Assembly (NCBI GenBank): GCA_964484485.1
Contig: CAZAGD010000033.1
Location: 1,238-65,237 of the forward strand
DNA from: an uncultured Syntrophaceae bacterium
Lineage (GTDB): Bacteria; Desulfobacterota; SM23-61
Reading direction: 5' to 3'
Length of the DNA: 64,000 bases
Program-made: the position numbers and the translations under genes
In this document: positions 8,113-17,749 of the stretch, piece after piece
How positions within the stretch are numbered: position 1 is the first letter of the stretch
Layout of the letters: each line of letters begins with the position of its first letter
The notes under the pieces: generated by a model
Databases searched by the model: none
What the model was told of the DNA's origin: nothing
Seen by the model: the letters and a program-made list of their open reading frames with translations, nothing else

Positions 8113-8805
8113 GTGATGTCCATGCTTTTATCTTCTTTCCTCGAAGATTTAAGCAGGGAAATATTAAGAATATATGGGCAAATTGATCAAAAAGTTGCTG
8201 CTTTCCAGAAGACTACAGGAATAAAATGCCTTTCCGGGTGTGGCCAATGTTGCGCCTCGGGAAAGGTCAAGATTACGCCCCTGGAGTTTATTCCCTTAGC
8301 CCAGCACTTATTCCAGCGCGGAGAAGCAGATGCCTGGTGGTCATATTTAATTGAAAACCAGGAAGGAACTTGTGTCTTTTTCCGGGAAGATCTAACTAAA
8401 TTTGAGAATGGGCATTGTACAGTATATCCCTGGCGGGCTGCTACTTGCCGTTTATATGGGTTTGGAGTAAAACAAAATAAATACGGGAATCTCGAACCAA
8501 TCACCTGCCAATTTTTGAAAAATGATTTTTATAAGGCAATCAAGGACTTGGATAAAACTAATTCAAAAGATCTATGCCCGAGCTATGATTCTTTTATGGT
8601 TCAAATCGCCTCTCTTGACCCCCTCTTAAGTAAAAACCCCCTACCTGTAAATCAGGCAATTGCTAAGGGTTTAGAAAAATACGCCTTAGTTTTTCAAATA
8701 AATTCTTCCAGAGATTATTTCAATCCTCCAGAATCCGTTCCCTATTTCAATGGCCCTGATTTAACTGAAGGAAATATAAAAGGAAATTCAAGAAGCGAAA
8801 ATTAA
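8113..8805 (+). CDS. YkgJ/UPF0153-family Fe-S or zinc-chelating domain protein
   Basis: CLSGCGQCCASGK (CxxCxxCC) plus downstream Cys cluster GHCTVYPWRAATCRLYGF. Confidence 0.5.
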   Translation: MMSMLLSSFLEDLSREILRIYGQIDQKVAAFQKTTGIKCLSGCGQCCASGKVKITPLEFIPLAQHLFQRGEADAWWSYLIENQEGTCVFFREDLTKFENGHCTVYPWRAATCRLYGFGVKQNKYGNLEPITCQFLKNDFYKAIKDLDKTNSKDLCPSYDSFMVQIASLDPLLSKNPLPVNQAIAKGLEKYALVFQINSSRDYFNPPESVPYFNGPDLTEGNIKGNSRSEN

Positions 8806-9654
8806 GATGACCAGCCCCGCCATTAATAAAAGGCATCCTGGCCAAACCTCTTTAACCCATTGGGTTTCTTTAAAGAATAAAGAACCGACGATCAAAGTCA
8901 TGGGAATCTCAATCTGTTTTACAGCCTCTACATAAGCGGCCACGGATTTAATATAGCCAAAACTGCCAAATATGGTAGCAAAGGCGGCAAAAAACCCCAG
9001 GCTTAAAAAGTAAACAAAATAGCGAGGAAGGAGATACAGATGCTTTGCTGATTGGTAAATAACTATGGGAAAACATATCGCTGAAGCAAAAATATAATTG
9101 GTTAGAGTAGAAAAGAAAGGATCGCCTAATTGGGCAGTTTTCTTAAAAAGGAGAATCGTCGGAGTAAGAGTTAAGGCGGCCAGAAGGGCATAGCGCATTC
9201 CTTTGTCCCGGATTAGAAGAAGCAAGGGCTCGAGCAAAGAGACCCGAGCCTGTCTTATATTTAGTAAATAAATACCCAAAAAACTAATAATTATCCCCAG
9301 GCCTCCCCAAAAATTCACGTTTTCATCTAAGAAAATTACGCCGCAGATGGCCAAAAAAATTACTTGCAGCTTCCAAATAGCTACGGTAACGGAGATGGCC
9401 CCATATTTAAAAGACTTAGATAAGAGAAGGGTGGAAAAGACCTGCATCAATCCAGCCAGAAAAGAATAAATCCAATAGTCCCTACCAACCTCAGGGAGGC
9501 CTTTAAGATAACTGGCGGCCAGAGCAAACGGCAGCAGAAAGAAAAACCTTCCCCAAACATTAATATATTCATCTAAACTATGCCCCAATTTTTTCATGGT
9601 AGCATTTCTGCCTACTTGGCATAAGGCAGAGGCTATGGCAAAAATCCACCACAT
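8788..9654 (-). CDS. EamA/DMT-superfamily membrane transporter
   Basis: 288 aa, ~10 hydrophobic helices, duplicated EamA-like halves. Confidence 0.55.
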   Translation of the reverse strand: MWWIFAIASALCQVGRNATMKKLGHSLDEYINVWGRFFFLLPFALAASYLKGLPEVGRDYWIYSFLAGLMQVFSTLLLSKSFKYGAISVTVAIWKLQVIFLAICGVIFLDENVNFWGGLGIIISFLGIYLLNIRQARVSLLEPLLLLIRDKGMRYALLAALTLTPTILLFKKTAQLGDPFFSTLTNYIFASAICFPIVIYQSAKHLYLLPRYFVYFLSLGFFAAFATIFGSFGYIKSVAAYVEAVKQIEIPMTLIVGSLFFKETQWVKEVWPGCLLLMAGLVILIFAS

Positions 9655-9908
9655 AAATTCAATAAGCCCTTCTATATCTTAGCTAAGTTATTTTTTACAC
9701 CATTGGCCAAGAGTCATTCATTATGGCTAAGCCCCTCGGGTTCGCCAAGGCATCTTTTCTAAAATATTTAACCCCCTCATTAATAGCATAGAAGCCAGGA
9801 GTGTTATTGAAATTTTCTATTTCTTTCTTGATTTGGAGCAACAAATAACCTATATTGAGAGCATAAATTTATTCCAGAAAAGATCTTTGCCGAAAGGTTC
9901 ATAAAAAA

Positions 9909-10478
9909 TTGACCTTAGCGGAAAGAATTAAAGAAATCTTGGCCCAACGACCAAAAGTTTGCCTAAATGATCCGCAGCGCAAACGAGCTGCTGTGCTTAT
10001 CCCGCTTTTTCAAAAAGGGACTGCTTACCACCTCTTAGTTACTAAAAGAACTGAGCAATTACTCCATCACAAAGGGCAGATTTCTTTCCCGGGAGGAAGC
10101 CAGAACCCCGGTGAAGACCTCCTCACTACTGCTTTGCGGGAGGCGCAAGAAGAAATAGGCCTGCGGGCGCAAGATGTAAATATTTTAGGTGAACTTGATG
10201 ATACGAGCACTTTTTCTTCTGATTTTTTAATCTCCCCCTTTGTAGGCTTCATCCCTTATCCTTATCCATTTAAAGTAAATTTTCAAGAGATCGCCGAGAT
10301 AATCGAAATTCCCTGGATTGAATTAACTAATCCCCAAAACTGGCGGCAAGAAATAACTAAGAAAGATGACCATTTTCAACCGCTTTATTTCTTTTATTAT
10401 CAAGATTATCTTATTTGGGGGGCGACCGCCAGAATTTTAAAACAGTTAGTTGATTTGCTCTGCCCCACAGAGAAATAG
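9909..10478 (+). CDS. NUDIX hydrolase, CoA pyrophosphatase-like
   Basis: Nudix box GGSQNPGEDLLTTALREAQEEIGL; TTG start as given by ORF track (uncertain). Confidence 0.65.
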   Translation: MTLAERIKEILAQRPKVCLNDPQRKRAAVLIPLFQKGTAYHLLVTKRTEQLLHHKGQISFPGGSQNPGEDLLTTALREAQEEIGLRAQDVNILGELDDTSTFSSDFLISPFVGFIPYPYPFKVNFQEIAEIIEIPWIELTNPQNWRQEITKKDDHFQPLYFFYYQDYLIWGATARILKQLVDLLCPTEK

Positions 10479-10506
10479 TAAATGTTCTTGGGGAGAAGAG
10501 TTAAGT

Positions 10507-11112
10507 TTATATTTGATCGCTATCTTCAGCGGGCTCTACAAAGACCAAGCTTTTTTTGATTTCTTCAGCCGCTTTTACGCCTTCGGCAAAGGCCAGTTTA
10601 TTTAATTCTTCTGTGCCGCGCGGTATGCGCGCTAAAACGGCCGCGGCCATAGAGGCGGGAGAGACAAGGCCATCTCCGCCAGGAGCAATTTGAATAAGCA
10701 GACTTAAGGCGCCTAAAGCTACGATGTTAGCCATCTGTTCCCGGCCACATTTTTCGCGGGCAATCTTGGTGAAGGGGATCTTGATCACCCGCGGATAAGT
10801 TACTTCCGTAACCAATTGGGAATCGGCCACTAAAATCCCTGCAGGCTTCATTTCAGGAGCTGATTCATCATAGGCCATTTGGTTCATCGCTAGTAAAACA
10901 TCTAAGGCCATAGCTTTGGGATAATCGATCTCTTGATCACTGATGACCACATCAGCCCTACTTGTTCCGCCGCGGGCCGCCGGGCCATAGCTCACCGTCT
11001 GCACCACATATCTTCCCTCATAAATGCCCACGGCCTCAGCCAGAATGATCCCCGCCAAGACCAATCCCTGTCCTCCAGACCCACTTAAACGAATTTCAAA
11101 ACGATCGATCAT
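10507..11112 (-). CDS. 2-oxoacid:ferredoxin oxidoreductase gamma subunit (operon 1)
   Basis: GGQG motif (LSGSGGQGLVLAG) of POR/KOR gamma family; operon with delta/alpha/beta. Confidence 0.8.
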   Translation of the reverse strand: MIDRFEIRLSGSGGQGLVLAGIILAEAVGIYEGRYVVQTVSYGPAARGGTSRADVVISDQEIDYPKAMALDVLLAMNQMAYDESAPEMKPAGILVADSQLVTEVTYPRVIKIPFTKIAREKCGREQMANIVALGALSLLIQIAPGGDGLVSPASMAAAVLARIPRGTEELNKLAFAEGVKAAEEIKKSLVFVEPAEDSDQI

Positions 11113-11143
11113 TTTTTAAATCAAGTCCTTTTGGTGAAATTTT

Positions 11144-12046
11144 TTATATCCGATCGGAAATTTCTCGCCGATCGCTCTCTTCCTTCTCCTCTTTTTCTAC
11201 TTTCGCCGTTAATTGATAAGCAGCCGCTTCCTTTGCTTTCTGCCTTACCTTCTGATACTCCTCTATATAACTGGGAGCCTCCCGATCAACCAAGATGCCA
11301 ATTTCAAATTTCCCTTCCATTTCTTGGGGAGTCATTTTTTTAGCTTTTTCAACGGGGACAGCATTATCACGCTGCCACTTCATCATTTCTATATGGTTGC
11401 CCATTTTATTAAGACGGCCGAAATGCGTATGACATTGACTTATTACTTCTACCACCCCAAACCCTTTCTTTAAAAGAGCTTTCTCGATTAATTGATCAAG
11501 CTGACGTACATGGTAAACTGTTCCCCGAGCCGCAAAGACGGCCCCGGCGCAAGCAGCAAGCTGAGCAATGTTGAATGAATTTTCTACCGAACCATAAATA
11601 GCCGTAGTAGCTCGCTGTCCGTAAGGAGTCGTCGGGGAATATTGACCGCCCGTCATACCATAAATGTTGTTGTTGACTATGATTGCGGTGAGCTCTAAAT
11701 TACGCCGAGCAGCATGAATGAGATGATTGCCCCCAATAGCTGTGGCATCACCATCGCCCATGATGACGATTACTTTTAGCTCCGGCTTGGCCAATTTTAT
11801 GCCGGTAGCAAAAGTCAAGGCTCGCCCGTGGGTGGTATGCAAAGTATTAAAATCCACATAAACGGGCAGTCTACCCGAGCACCCAATTCCCGAAACCAAA
11901 ACAATTTCATCTTTAGAGTAACCTAAATGGTCAATAGCCCTAATTAATGATCCTAAAAGAATACCGATTCCACATCCCGGGCACCAGACATGGGGGAATT
12001 TTTTATCGTGACGCAGATATTTATAAATAAGGGGGCGATCTTCCAT
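11144..12046 (-). CDS. 2-oxoacid:ferredoxin oxidoreductase beta subunit, TPP-binding (operon 1)
   Basis: CPGCG..., GDGD TPP motif (IMGDGDATAIGGNHL); Lys/Glu-rich C-terminal tail. Confidence 0.85.
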   Translation of the reverse strand: MEDRPLIYKYLRHDKKFPHVWCPGCGIGILLGSLIRAIDHLGYSKDEIVLVSGIGCSGRLPVYVDFNTLHTTHGRALTFATGIKLAKPELKVIVIMGDGDATAIGGNHLIHAARRNLELTAIIVNNNIYGMTGGQYSPTTPYGQRATTAIYGSVENSFNIAQLAACAGAVFAARGTVYHVRQLDQLIEKALLKKGFGVVEVISQCHTHFGRLNKMGNHIEMMKWQRDNAVPVEKAKKMTPQEMEGKFEIGILVDREAPSYIEEYQKVRQKAKEAAAYQLTAKVEKEEKEESDRREISDRI

Positions 12047-13191
12047 TATTTGCTAACCTCCTGAATCTTTTCGAGGATTTCCTGTGGTTTGATTATCGTG
12101 CCGTCTATTTTATTAAGCGTCAATACTTTGGTCTTCCCTTGATTAACTCTTTTCACTTCTCGAGAAATCTGCCCCATGTTCATCTCCGGCACCAAAAGTA
12201 TTTTCCCGGCATAAGTTAAAGGTTCCACAAACTTGCGCGGAAATGGCCAAAGAGTGATTAATTTTAAAAGGCCTACTTTCCGCCCCTGAGCTCGAGCTTC
12301 CACCATGGCCCGATGCGCTGCCCGGGCGGAACAACCGTAAGCAATGATAACTATTTCCGCATCCTCTATTTGATAGGCTTCTACAAGTTGAATATCATCG
12401 AAATGAGAAGATATTTTGCGAAAAAGACGCAAAATAAAGGGTTCGATTTCATCTTGGCGGAGGGTGGGAAATCCGCGGATATCGTGGGTTAAACCTGTAA
12501 CATGGTATCGATATCCTTCGCCAAAAATACCCATAGGAGGAACACCCGAACTTGTATCTTCATAAGGCAGGTACCACTCGGGAGGAACGGATGGCTTGAT
12601 GCGGTCGATCACTTCGATCTCGCCAGGGGCGGGCAAGACAATCTTTTCACGCATGTGGGCGATAACTTCATCCAGGAGTAAAATTACAGGCGTGCGATAT
12701 TTTTCGGAAAAGTTAAAGGCTTTCACGGTCAGGGTAAAGCATTCCCAGACCGAAGCGGAGGAAAGGACGATTATGGGGTGATCGCCATGAGTCCCCCACC
12801 GGGCCTGCATTACATCCCCTTGGGCGGGATTGGTCGGTAAGCCAGTACTTGGCCCTCCGCGCATCACATTGACCACCACACAGGGAACTTCGGCCATGCA
12901 GGCGAAGCCTAAATTTTCCTGCATCAAAGAAAAACCTGGACCAGAAGTAGCGGTCATGGACTTGACTCCAGCCAGGGATGCTCCGATTATAGCTCCCATA
13001 CTCGCTATTTCATCTTCCATCTGAATGAAAGTACCATCTTCTTGGGGCAGGCGGTAAGAAAGACGCTCCGCAATTTCGGAAGCAGGAGTAATGGGATAGC
13101 CGGCAAAAAAACGACAGCCCGAATATATAGCCCCTTCTGCACAAGCTTCATTTCCCTGCATTAATTGAGCTTTAGCATCTTTTTTATTCAT
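12046..13191 (-). CDS. 2-oxoacid:ferredoxin oxidoreductase alpha subunit (operon 1)
   Basis: Conserved POR/KOR alpha domain (QGNEACAEGAIYSGCRFFAGYPITPASEI). Confidence 0.85.
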   Translation of the reverse strand: MNKKDAKAQLMQGNEACAEGAIYSGCRFFAGYPITPASEIAERLSYRLPQEDGTFIQMEDEIASMGAIIGASLAGVKSMTATSGPGFSLMQENLGFACMAEVPCVVVNVMRGGPSTGLPTNPAQGDVMQARWGTHGDHPIIVLSSASVWECFTLTVKAFNFSEKYRTPVILLLDEVIAHMREKIVLPAPGEIEVIDRIKPSVPPEWYLPYEDTSSGVPPMGIFGEGYRYHVTGLTHDIRGFPTLRQDEIEPFILRLFRKISSHFDDIQLVEAYQIEDAEIVIIAYGCSARAAHRAMVEARAQGRKVGLLKLITLWPFPRKFVEPLTYAGKILLVPEMNMGQISREVKRVNQGKTKVLTLNKIDGTIIKPQEILEKIQEVSK

Positions 13192-13444
13192 TAACTACTT
13201 CCTCGCCAACAATATTTTTTTCTTTATCTTCCTTTTTCTTCCTGGGTGAGCGGAGAGTGATGGCAAAATCAGGACACCTCAATTCACACATCTGGCAACC
13301 GGTGCACTTTTCCGGATTTTTTACAAAGGGAGTCCCAGATTCATCCTGGCCTAAAGCCTCTACGGGACAGAAAGCCACACATATGCCACATTTCTTGCAC
13401 CAACTTTTAAAAATCTCAATGTTATATTTCCCTTTTTTACTCAT
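13184..13444 (-). CDS. 2-oxoacid:ferredoxin oxidoreductase delta subunit (2x[4Fe-4S] ferredoxin)
   Basis: Two CxxCxxCxxxCP motifs. Confidence 0.8.
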   Translation of the reverse strand: MSKKGKYNIEIFKSWCKKCGICVAFCPVEALGQDESGTPFVKNPEKCTGCQMCELRCPDFAITLRSPRKKKEDKEKNIVGEEVVNE

Positions 13445-13454
13445 CTCTTCCTGC

Positions 13455-14336
13455 CTAATTTTTATCGGCCAATACTTTCTTCATGGTCAAGCCCATCTCG
13501 GCCGGATTCTTCACGACCACCACTCCGGCATCTGCCAGAGCTTTCATTTTGGCTTGGGCGGTGCCCTTTCCTCCAGAGATTATCGCACCAGCATGGCCCA
13601 TTCGTCTTCCCGGGGGGGCATTCTGTCCGGCAATGAAGGCCACCACCGGCTTAGGATAATGACTGTTTTTTATATAGGTAGCTGCTTCTTCTTCGGCCTC
13701 GCCGCCAATTTCGCCGATGAGCAACACGGCCTCGGTCTGCGCGTCTTGGGCAAATAACTTTAAAATATCCACAAAATTTAAACCGATGATTGGGTCTCCT
13801 CCTATGCCTACGCAAGTAGATTGACCTAATCCTAATTGAGTAAGTTGATGAACTGCTTCATAAGTAAGGGTGCCACTCCTCGACACTACGCCTATTTTAC
13901 CAGCTCGATGAATATAACCAGGCATAATGCCAATGCGACATTTATCAGGAGTAATAATTCCTGGACAATTAGGCCCTAAAAGGAGGCTTTTCTTCCCCGC
14001 TAAATAACCTTTAGCTACAACCATGTCTAAGACCGGAATTCCTTCTGTTATACAAACTATTATTTCCACTCCTGCTTCGGCTGCTTCCATGATGGCATCG
14101 GCCGCAAAGGGTCCTGGCACAAAGATCATGGAAGCCTGCGCCCCGGTCTCTTGCACTGCCTCAGCAACTGTATCAAAAACAGGAAGGCCATCTATAGTTG
14201 TGCCTCCTTTCCCGGGGGTGACGCCGCCAACCATCCTCGTCCCATAAGCTAATGATTGGCGCGTATGGAAAAGTCCTTGTTTTCCAGTAATTCCTTGACA
14301 AATGACTTTGGTCTGAGCATCAACCAAAATACTCAT
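13455..14336 (-). CDS. sucD: succinyl-CoA synthetase (ADP/GDP-forming) alpha subunit
   Basis: CoA-binding and phospho-His loop motifs (GITGKQG; [14 protein letters not shown]); immediately upstream of OFOR operon 1, suggesting 2-oxoglutarate specificity. Confidence 0.9.
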   Translation of the reverse strand: MSILVDAQTKVICQGITGKQGLFHTRQSLAYGTRMVGGVTPGKGGTTIDGLPVFDTVAEAVQETGAQASMIFVPGPFAADAIMEAAEAGVEIIVCITEGIPVLDMVVAKGYLAGKKSLLLGPNCPGIITPDKCRIGIMPGYIHRAGKIGVVSRSGTLTYEAVHQLTQLGLGQSTCVGIGGDPIIGLNFVDILKLFAQDAQTEAVLLIGEIGGEAEEEAATYIKNSHYPKPVVAFIAGQNAPPGRRMGHAGAIISGGKGTAQAKMKALADAGVVVVKNPAEMGLTMKKVLADKN

Positions 14337-14499
14337 TTTAATCCCTTTTTTTCTAAATTGAGTTGATCTATCTTAATAAATTTGATCGAAGGGCGTCAAG
14401 GGAAAAAGGTTTCTGCCTTTTATTGCATCACTGAATGGTGGATGACATAGTAATCGAATTATTAGCTACTTTTGTTTTGGAAGGTTACGAGGCATTTTA

Positions 14500-14774
14500 T
14501 CTTAAGAGACTGGGTCGTAATTAATAAATGGCTAACTTTTGGTGAAGGAACCGGAGGCAGGCCAGAGGCAGGCCAGAGGCAGGCATTCATTCAGAATCAT
14601 GAGGCAGTGGCTTTTCCATAGGTACAGGCGGATTTAGAAGCTTGCTCAAATTGCTTAGTTTAACGATCCGCCCACTCTTTGCGGAAAATCGTTGACCGAT
14701 TTTGAACAGCTTCTTCTCCCGCCGATGCTTCTTCATTCATGCCTGCCTCTGGCCTGCCTCTGGCCTGCCTCCGG
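14500..14774. repeat. MITE-like element with ~38-bp terminal inverted repeats built from tandem GGCAGGCCAGAG units
   Basis: 14551-14592 CCGGAGGCAGGCCAGAGGCAGGCCAGAGGCAGGCATTCATTC is the reverse complement of 14743-14774; flank 14500-14550 is re-found (reverse complement) next to a solo copy at 39661-39745. Confidence 0.5.
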
Positions 14775-14839
14775 CCCTTTCTCGCCATGGCGACACAGTC
14801 TCTAATTTAAGAAGGAGTTGGGGGAGTTAGAGATTTTTT

Positions 14840-14880
14840 AATTTCTCGTAGGGCATGCCCTTGGGGCTTGCCGAACCCGC
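14840..14880. repeat. ~45-nt conserved intergenic repeat TTAATTTCTCGTAGGGCATGCCCTTGGGGCTTGCCGAACC (second copy at 59570..59612)
   Basis: Near-identical to 59570-59612 (TTAATTCCTCGTAGGGCCAGCCCTTGGGGCTTACCGAACC); both upstream of plus-strand genes. Confidence 0.45.
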
Positions 14881-15017
14881 TGCGCCACATCCCTAACATT
14901 GGCGCGAAAAGGATTAGAAAAAACTTGACTATTAAGCTCCTTATAGCTCATATTATTTTTAGCGAAGAAAAAAATCTTTGGGAGATTTTTCTAAATTGTT
15001 TGTGGGTGCAATCGAAA

Positions 15018-15269
15018 ATGGAAGGAGAAAATTTATTGGTAGAAAAAGAAAAAAAGAAGCAAGTAAAAATTCATATCAACCCCAAATGGTGTAAGGGTTG
15101 CTATATTTGTGTGGAAATATGTCCGCAAAAAGTTTTGGGCAAAGCAGGTGAAATATCAGAAAAAGGTTTTCAACAAGTAGTGGTGGTTTATCCAGAGAAA
15201 TGTACGGGCTGTCTCCAGTGCGAAATGCTTTGCCCTGATCTAGCTATTAATGTGGAAATAAAAAAGTGA
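15018..15269 (+). CDS. 2-oxoacid:ferredoxin oxidoreductase delta subunit (operon 2), start revised
   Basis: 2x CxxCxxCxxxCP; the paralogue at 13184..13444 is 86 aa, so the MEGENLL start at 15018 is preferred over the ORF-track start 14868, which would run through the repeat element. Confidence 0.7.
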   Translation: MEGENLLVEKEKKKQVKIHINPKWCKGCYICVEICPQKVLGKAGEISEKGFQQVVVVYPEKCTGCLQCEMLCPDLAINVEIKK

Positions 15270-15280
15270 GGTCTGATTAT

Positions 15281-16426
15281 ATGCCTTGGAAAAAAACAAA
15301 GAGTCTTTTGGAACCGGGCTGGTATTTTATGCAAGGAGACGAAGCCTGTGCTGAAGGGGCTCTGGCGGCTGGATGTCGCTTTTATGCTGGCTATCCTATT
15401 ACGCCGGCGAGTGAAATTATGATCCGGATGGTTCACCGCCTCCCCGAAGTAAACGGTGTATTTATCCAGATGGAAGATGAGATTGGGTCTATCTCTTCTG
15501 TAATCGGCGCTTCTTGGGCAGGAGCTAAAGCGATGACGGCCACTTCTGGTCCAGGAATCAGCCTGATGACGGAAAGTATAGGTTACGCGGGTATTACCGA
15601 AACACCTTGCGTTATTGTAGATGTGCAAAGGGCCGGGCCGAGTACGGGGCAAGCTACTCGCCCTGCGCAAGGGGATATCATGCAAGTGAAGTGGGGATGC
15701 CATGGCGACGTGGAAATTATTGCTTTCGCCCCTTGGTCCGTGCAAGAAATGTATGATTTAACCATCAAAGCCTTTAATTGCGCCGAGCGCTTCCGGGTAC
15801 CTACTTTCATTTTAGCCGATGAGGCAGTGGGTCATCTGCGCGAGACTCTATTGATCAAGGAAGAGGTAGAAATATTTGACCGCTATAAAGCACCTGGTTT
15901 GCCTCCTTTCGGTACAGATGAACCCAATGGCGTTCCCCCGATGCCAGCTTTTGGGGAAGGAGCTAATTTATTAGTGACCGGTTCAACTCACGATCCCTGG
16001 GGATTTCGCAAGACCGCTGATCCGCAGATCCAGGCTCGACTTACCGAAAGGTTAGTGCGCAAAGTCAAAGATTTTCGCGCGGAGATTTTGCTAACCGAAG
16101 GGCATTTTCTAACTGACGCCGAAATAGGGGTAATAGCTTATGGGTTCACCGCCCGGGCAGCCTTGGCGGCCATAAAGAAGCTGCGTCAGCAGGGAATAAA
16201 AGTTGGCTTATTACGCCTTATTTCTATTTGGCCTTTTGCAGAAGAGGCTGTTGCCGGACTGGGGCAAAATTGCCGGGTTATATTTGTGCCCGAGATGAAT
16301 AGAGGGCAAATTGCTGGGGAAGCCAAAAAATTCACTTCCACCCCGATTATCCCTTTACCCAAAACTAACGGGGAAGTATTTGAACCAGCAGAGATTGTTG
16401 AAGCCATTAGGAGGAACTTAACATGA
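15281..16426 (+). CDS. 2-oxoacid:ferredoxin oxidoreductase alpha subunit (operon 2)
   Basis: QGDEACAEGALAAGCRFYAGYPITPASEI, paralogous to 12046..13191; GTGAGGT RBS before ATG 15281. Confidence 0.85.
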   Translation: MPWKKTKSLLEPGWYFMQGDEACAEGALAAGCRFYAGYPITPASEIMIRMVHRLPEVNGVFIQMEDEIGSISSVIGASWAGAKAMTATSGPGISLMTESIGYAGITETPCVIVDVQRAGPSTGQATRPAQGDIMQVKWGCHGDVEIIAFAPWSVQEMYDLTIKAFNCAERFRVPTFILADEAVGHLRETLLIKEEVEIFDRYKAPGLPPFGTDEPNGVPPMPAFGEGANLLVTGSTHDPWGFRKTADPQIQARLTERLVRKVKDFRAEILLTEGHFLTDAEIGVIAYGFTARAALAAIKKLRQQGIKVGLLRLISIWPFAEEAVAGLGQNCRVIFVPEMNRGQIAGEAKKFTSTPIIPLPKTNGEVFEPAEIVEAIRRNLT

Positions 16427-17175
16427 ACCCTAAGATCATGGAAATGATCAACACCCAAGCCTTCCCCACACCCTTTTGTCCTGGTTGTGGCCATGGAATT
16501 TTGATGAATGCCATTCTTAGAGCCGTGGCGGAGATGGAGTACGACTTACAGAAAATGCTCTTCGTCTCGGGCATCGGCTGCGCGGCCTGGATTCCGAGTC
16601 CCCACTTCAAAGCAGATACTTTACATACCTTACACGGCCGGGCCATTGCTTATGCTACGGGCGCAAAACTATATAACCCTAATTTAAAAGTAGTCGTAGT
16701 AAGTGGAGACGGAGATCTAAGTTCCATCGGCGGCAATCATCTTATTCACGGGGCGAGAAGGAACATAGACTTAACTGTAATTTGCGCTAATAATAGTATC
16801 TACGGAATGACCGGTGGGCAGGTTGCTTCCACTACTCCCCTTGGTTCCTTAACCACTACCACCCCTCAAGGCAACAAAGAACCGCCGTTCGACCTATGCC
16901 GCTTAGTGAAAGCGGCCGGGGCGACTTTTGTAGCTCGGCAATCGGTAGCTACACCAGTACCGCTCGTGCGTACTTTAAAAAAAGCTTTAGCTCACGTGGG
17001 GTTTGCCTTTGTGGAAGTAATCTCTCCTTGCCCCACGCAATATGGGCGCAGAAATGCCTTTCGTTCACCTTATGAGTTAATAAAGTACCTAAGAGAAAAC
17101 TCTCTTTCCGCAGAAAAGGCCCAAGGCCTTTCTCCTGAGCAGTTACAAGGAAAAATCTTGCTCGGCGAATTTTAA
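16423..17175 (+). CDS. 2-oxoacid:ferredoxin oxidoreductase beta subunit (operon 2)
   Basis: CPGCGHG; VVSGDGDLSSIGGNHL TPP motif. Confidence 0.85.
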   Translation: MNPKIMEMINTQAFPTPFCPGCGHGILMNAILRAVAEMEYDLQKMLFVSGIGCAAWIPSPHFKADTLHTLHGRAIAYATGAKLYNPNLKVVVVSGDGDLSSIGGNHLIHGARRNIDLTVICANNSIYGMTGGQVASTTPLGSLTTTTPQGNKEPPFDLCRLVKAAGATFVARQSVATPVPLVRTLKKALAHVGFAFVEVISPCPTQYGRRNAFRSPYELIKYLRENSLSAEKAQGLSPEQLQGKILLGEF

Positions 17176-17198
17176 ACTAAAAGGAGATCTAACGACTT

Positions 17199-17735
17199 AT
17201 GAGTTTGACCCAAATTCGTTTTGCCGGCTTGGGCGGGCAAGGAATTATTCTCATGGGCGAAATATTGGGCGAAGCCGCCGCCTTAGATAAAAAGTACGTC
17301 GGCCAAACTTCTTCTTATGGCTCCGAAGCACGCGGGTCGGCCTGCCGCGCCGATGTGGTTATTTCTGATTCTTGGATTGATTATCCAGAAGTTACCGCAG
17401 CAGATGTCCTGGTTTGTATGGCCCAGGGAGCTTATGATTTAAACATCACTAAGGTAAATCACGAAAGCGGATTAATTTTCTATGACTCCCAATTGGTAAA
17501 GCCTGACCAGGAATCTAAGCTGCGCCATATACCCGTGCCAGCGACGGAAAAAGCTTTGAGCGAGCTGGGCAATAAAATGGTGGCTAATATGCTCCTCTTA
17601 GGAGCAGTGGTCAAGATTATGAATTTAGTAAGCAGAGAGGCTTTACAAAAAGCTCTCCTGAACAGAGTTCCCGCTTCTATTTTAGAATTGAACCAGAAAG
17701 CTTTAGCTTTGGGATTTGAATTAGAAATTATCTAA
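17199..17735 (+). CDS. 2-oxoacid:ferredoxin oxidoreductase gamma subunit (operon 2)
   Basis: FAGLGGQGIILMG motif. Confidence 0.8.
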   Translation: MSLTQIRFAGLGGQGIILMGEILGEAAALDKKYVGQTSSYGSEARGSACRADVVISDSWIDYPEVTAADVLVCMAQGAYDLNITKVNHESGLIFYDSQLVKPDQESKLRHIPVPATEKALSELGNKMVANMLLLGAVVKIMNLVSREALQKALLNRVPASILELNQKALALGFELEII

Positions 17736-17749
17736 AAGAATAGAAAGGT

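Noticed and set aside
13257-13757. Antisense ORFs overlapping well-supported genes (e.g. 13257..13757, 15188..15745, 27149..27769, 30028..31185 set, 52019..54513 set, 8187..8504, 18657..19085)
   Set aside because: Each lies opposite a CDS with strong family motifs; translations are low-complexity and lack start context
14551-14774. CRISPR array (tandem GGCAGGCCAGAG units)
   Set aside because: Units are 12 nt, directly adjacent without spacers, only 2.5 copies per side and arranged as inverted termini; no cas genes
14868-15017. ORF-track N-terminal extension of the second OFOR delta subunit (MPNPLRHIPNIGAKRIRKN...)
   Set aside because: Extension runs through the conserved 45-nt intergenic repeat and would make the ferredoxin 50 aa longer than its paralogue; internal MEGENLL start fits
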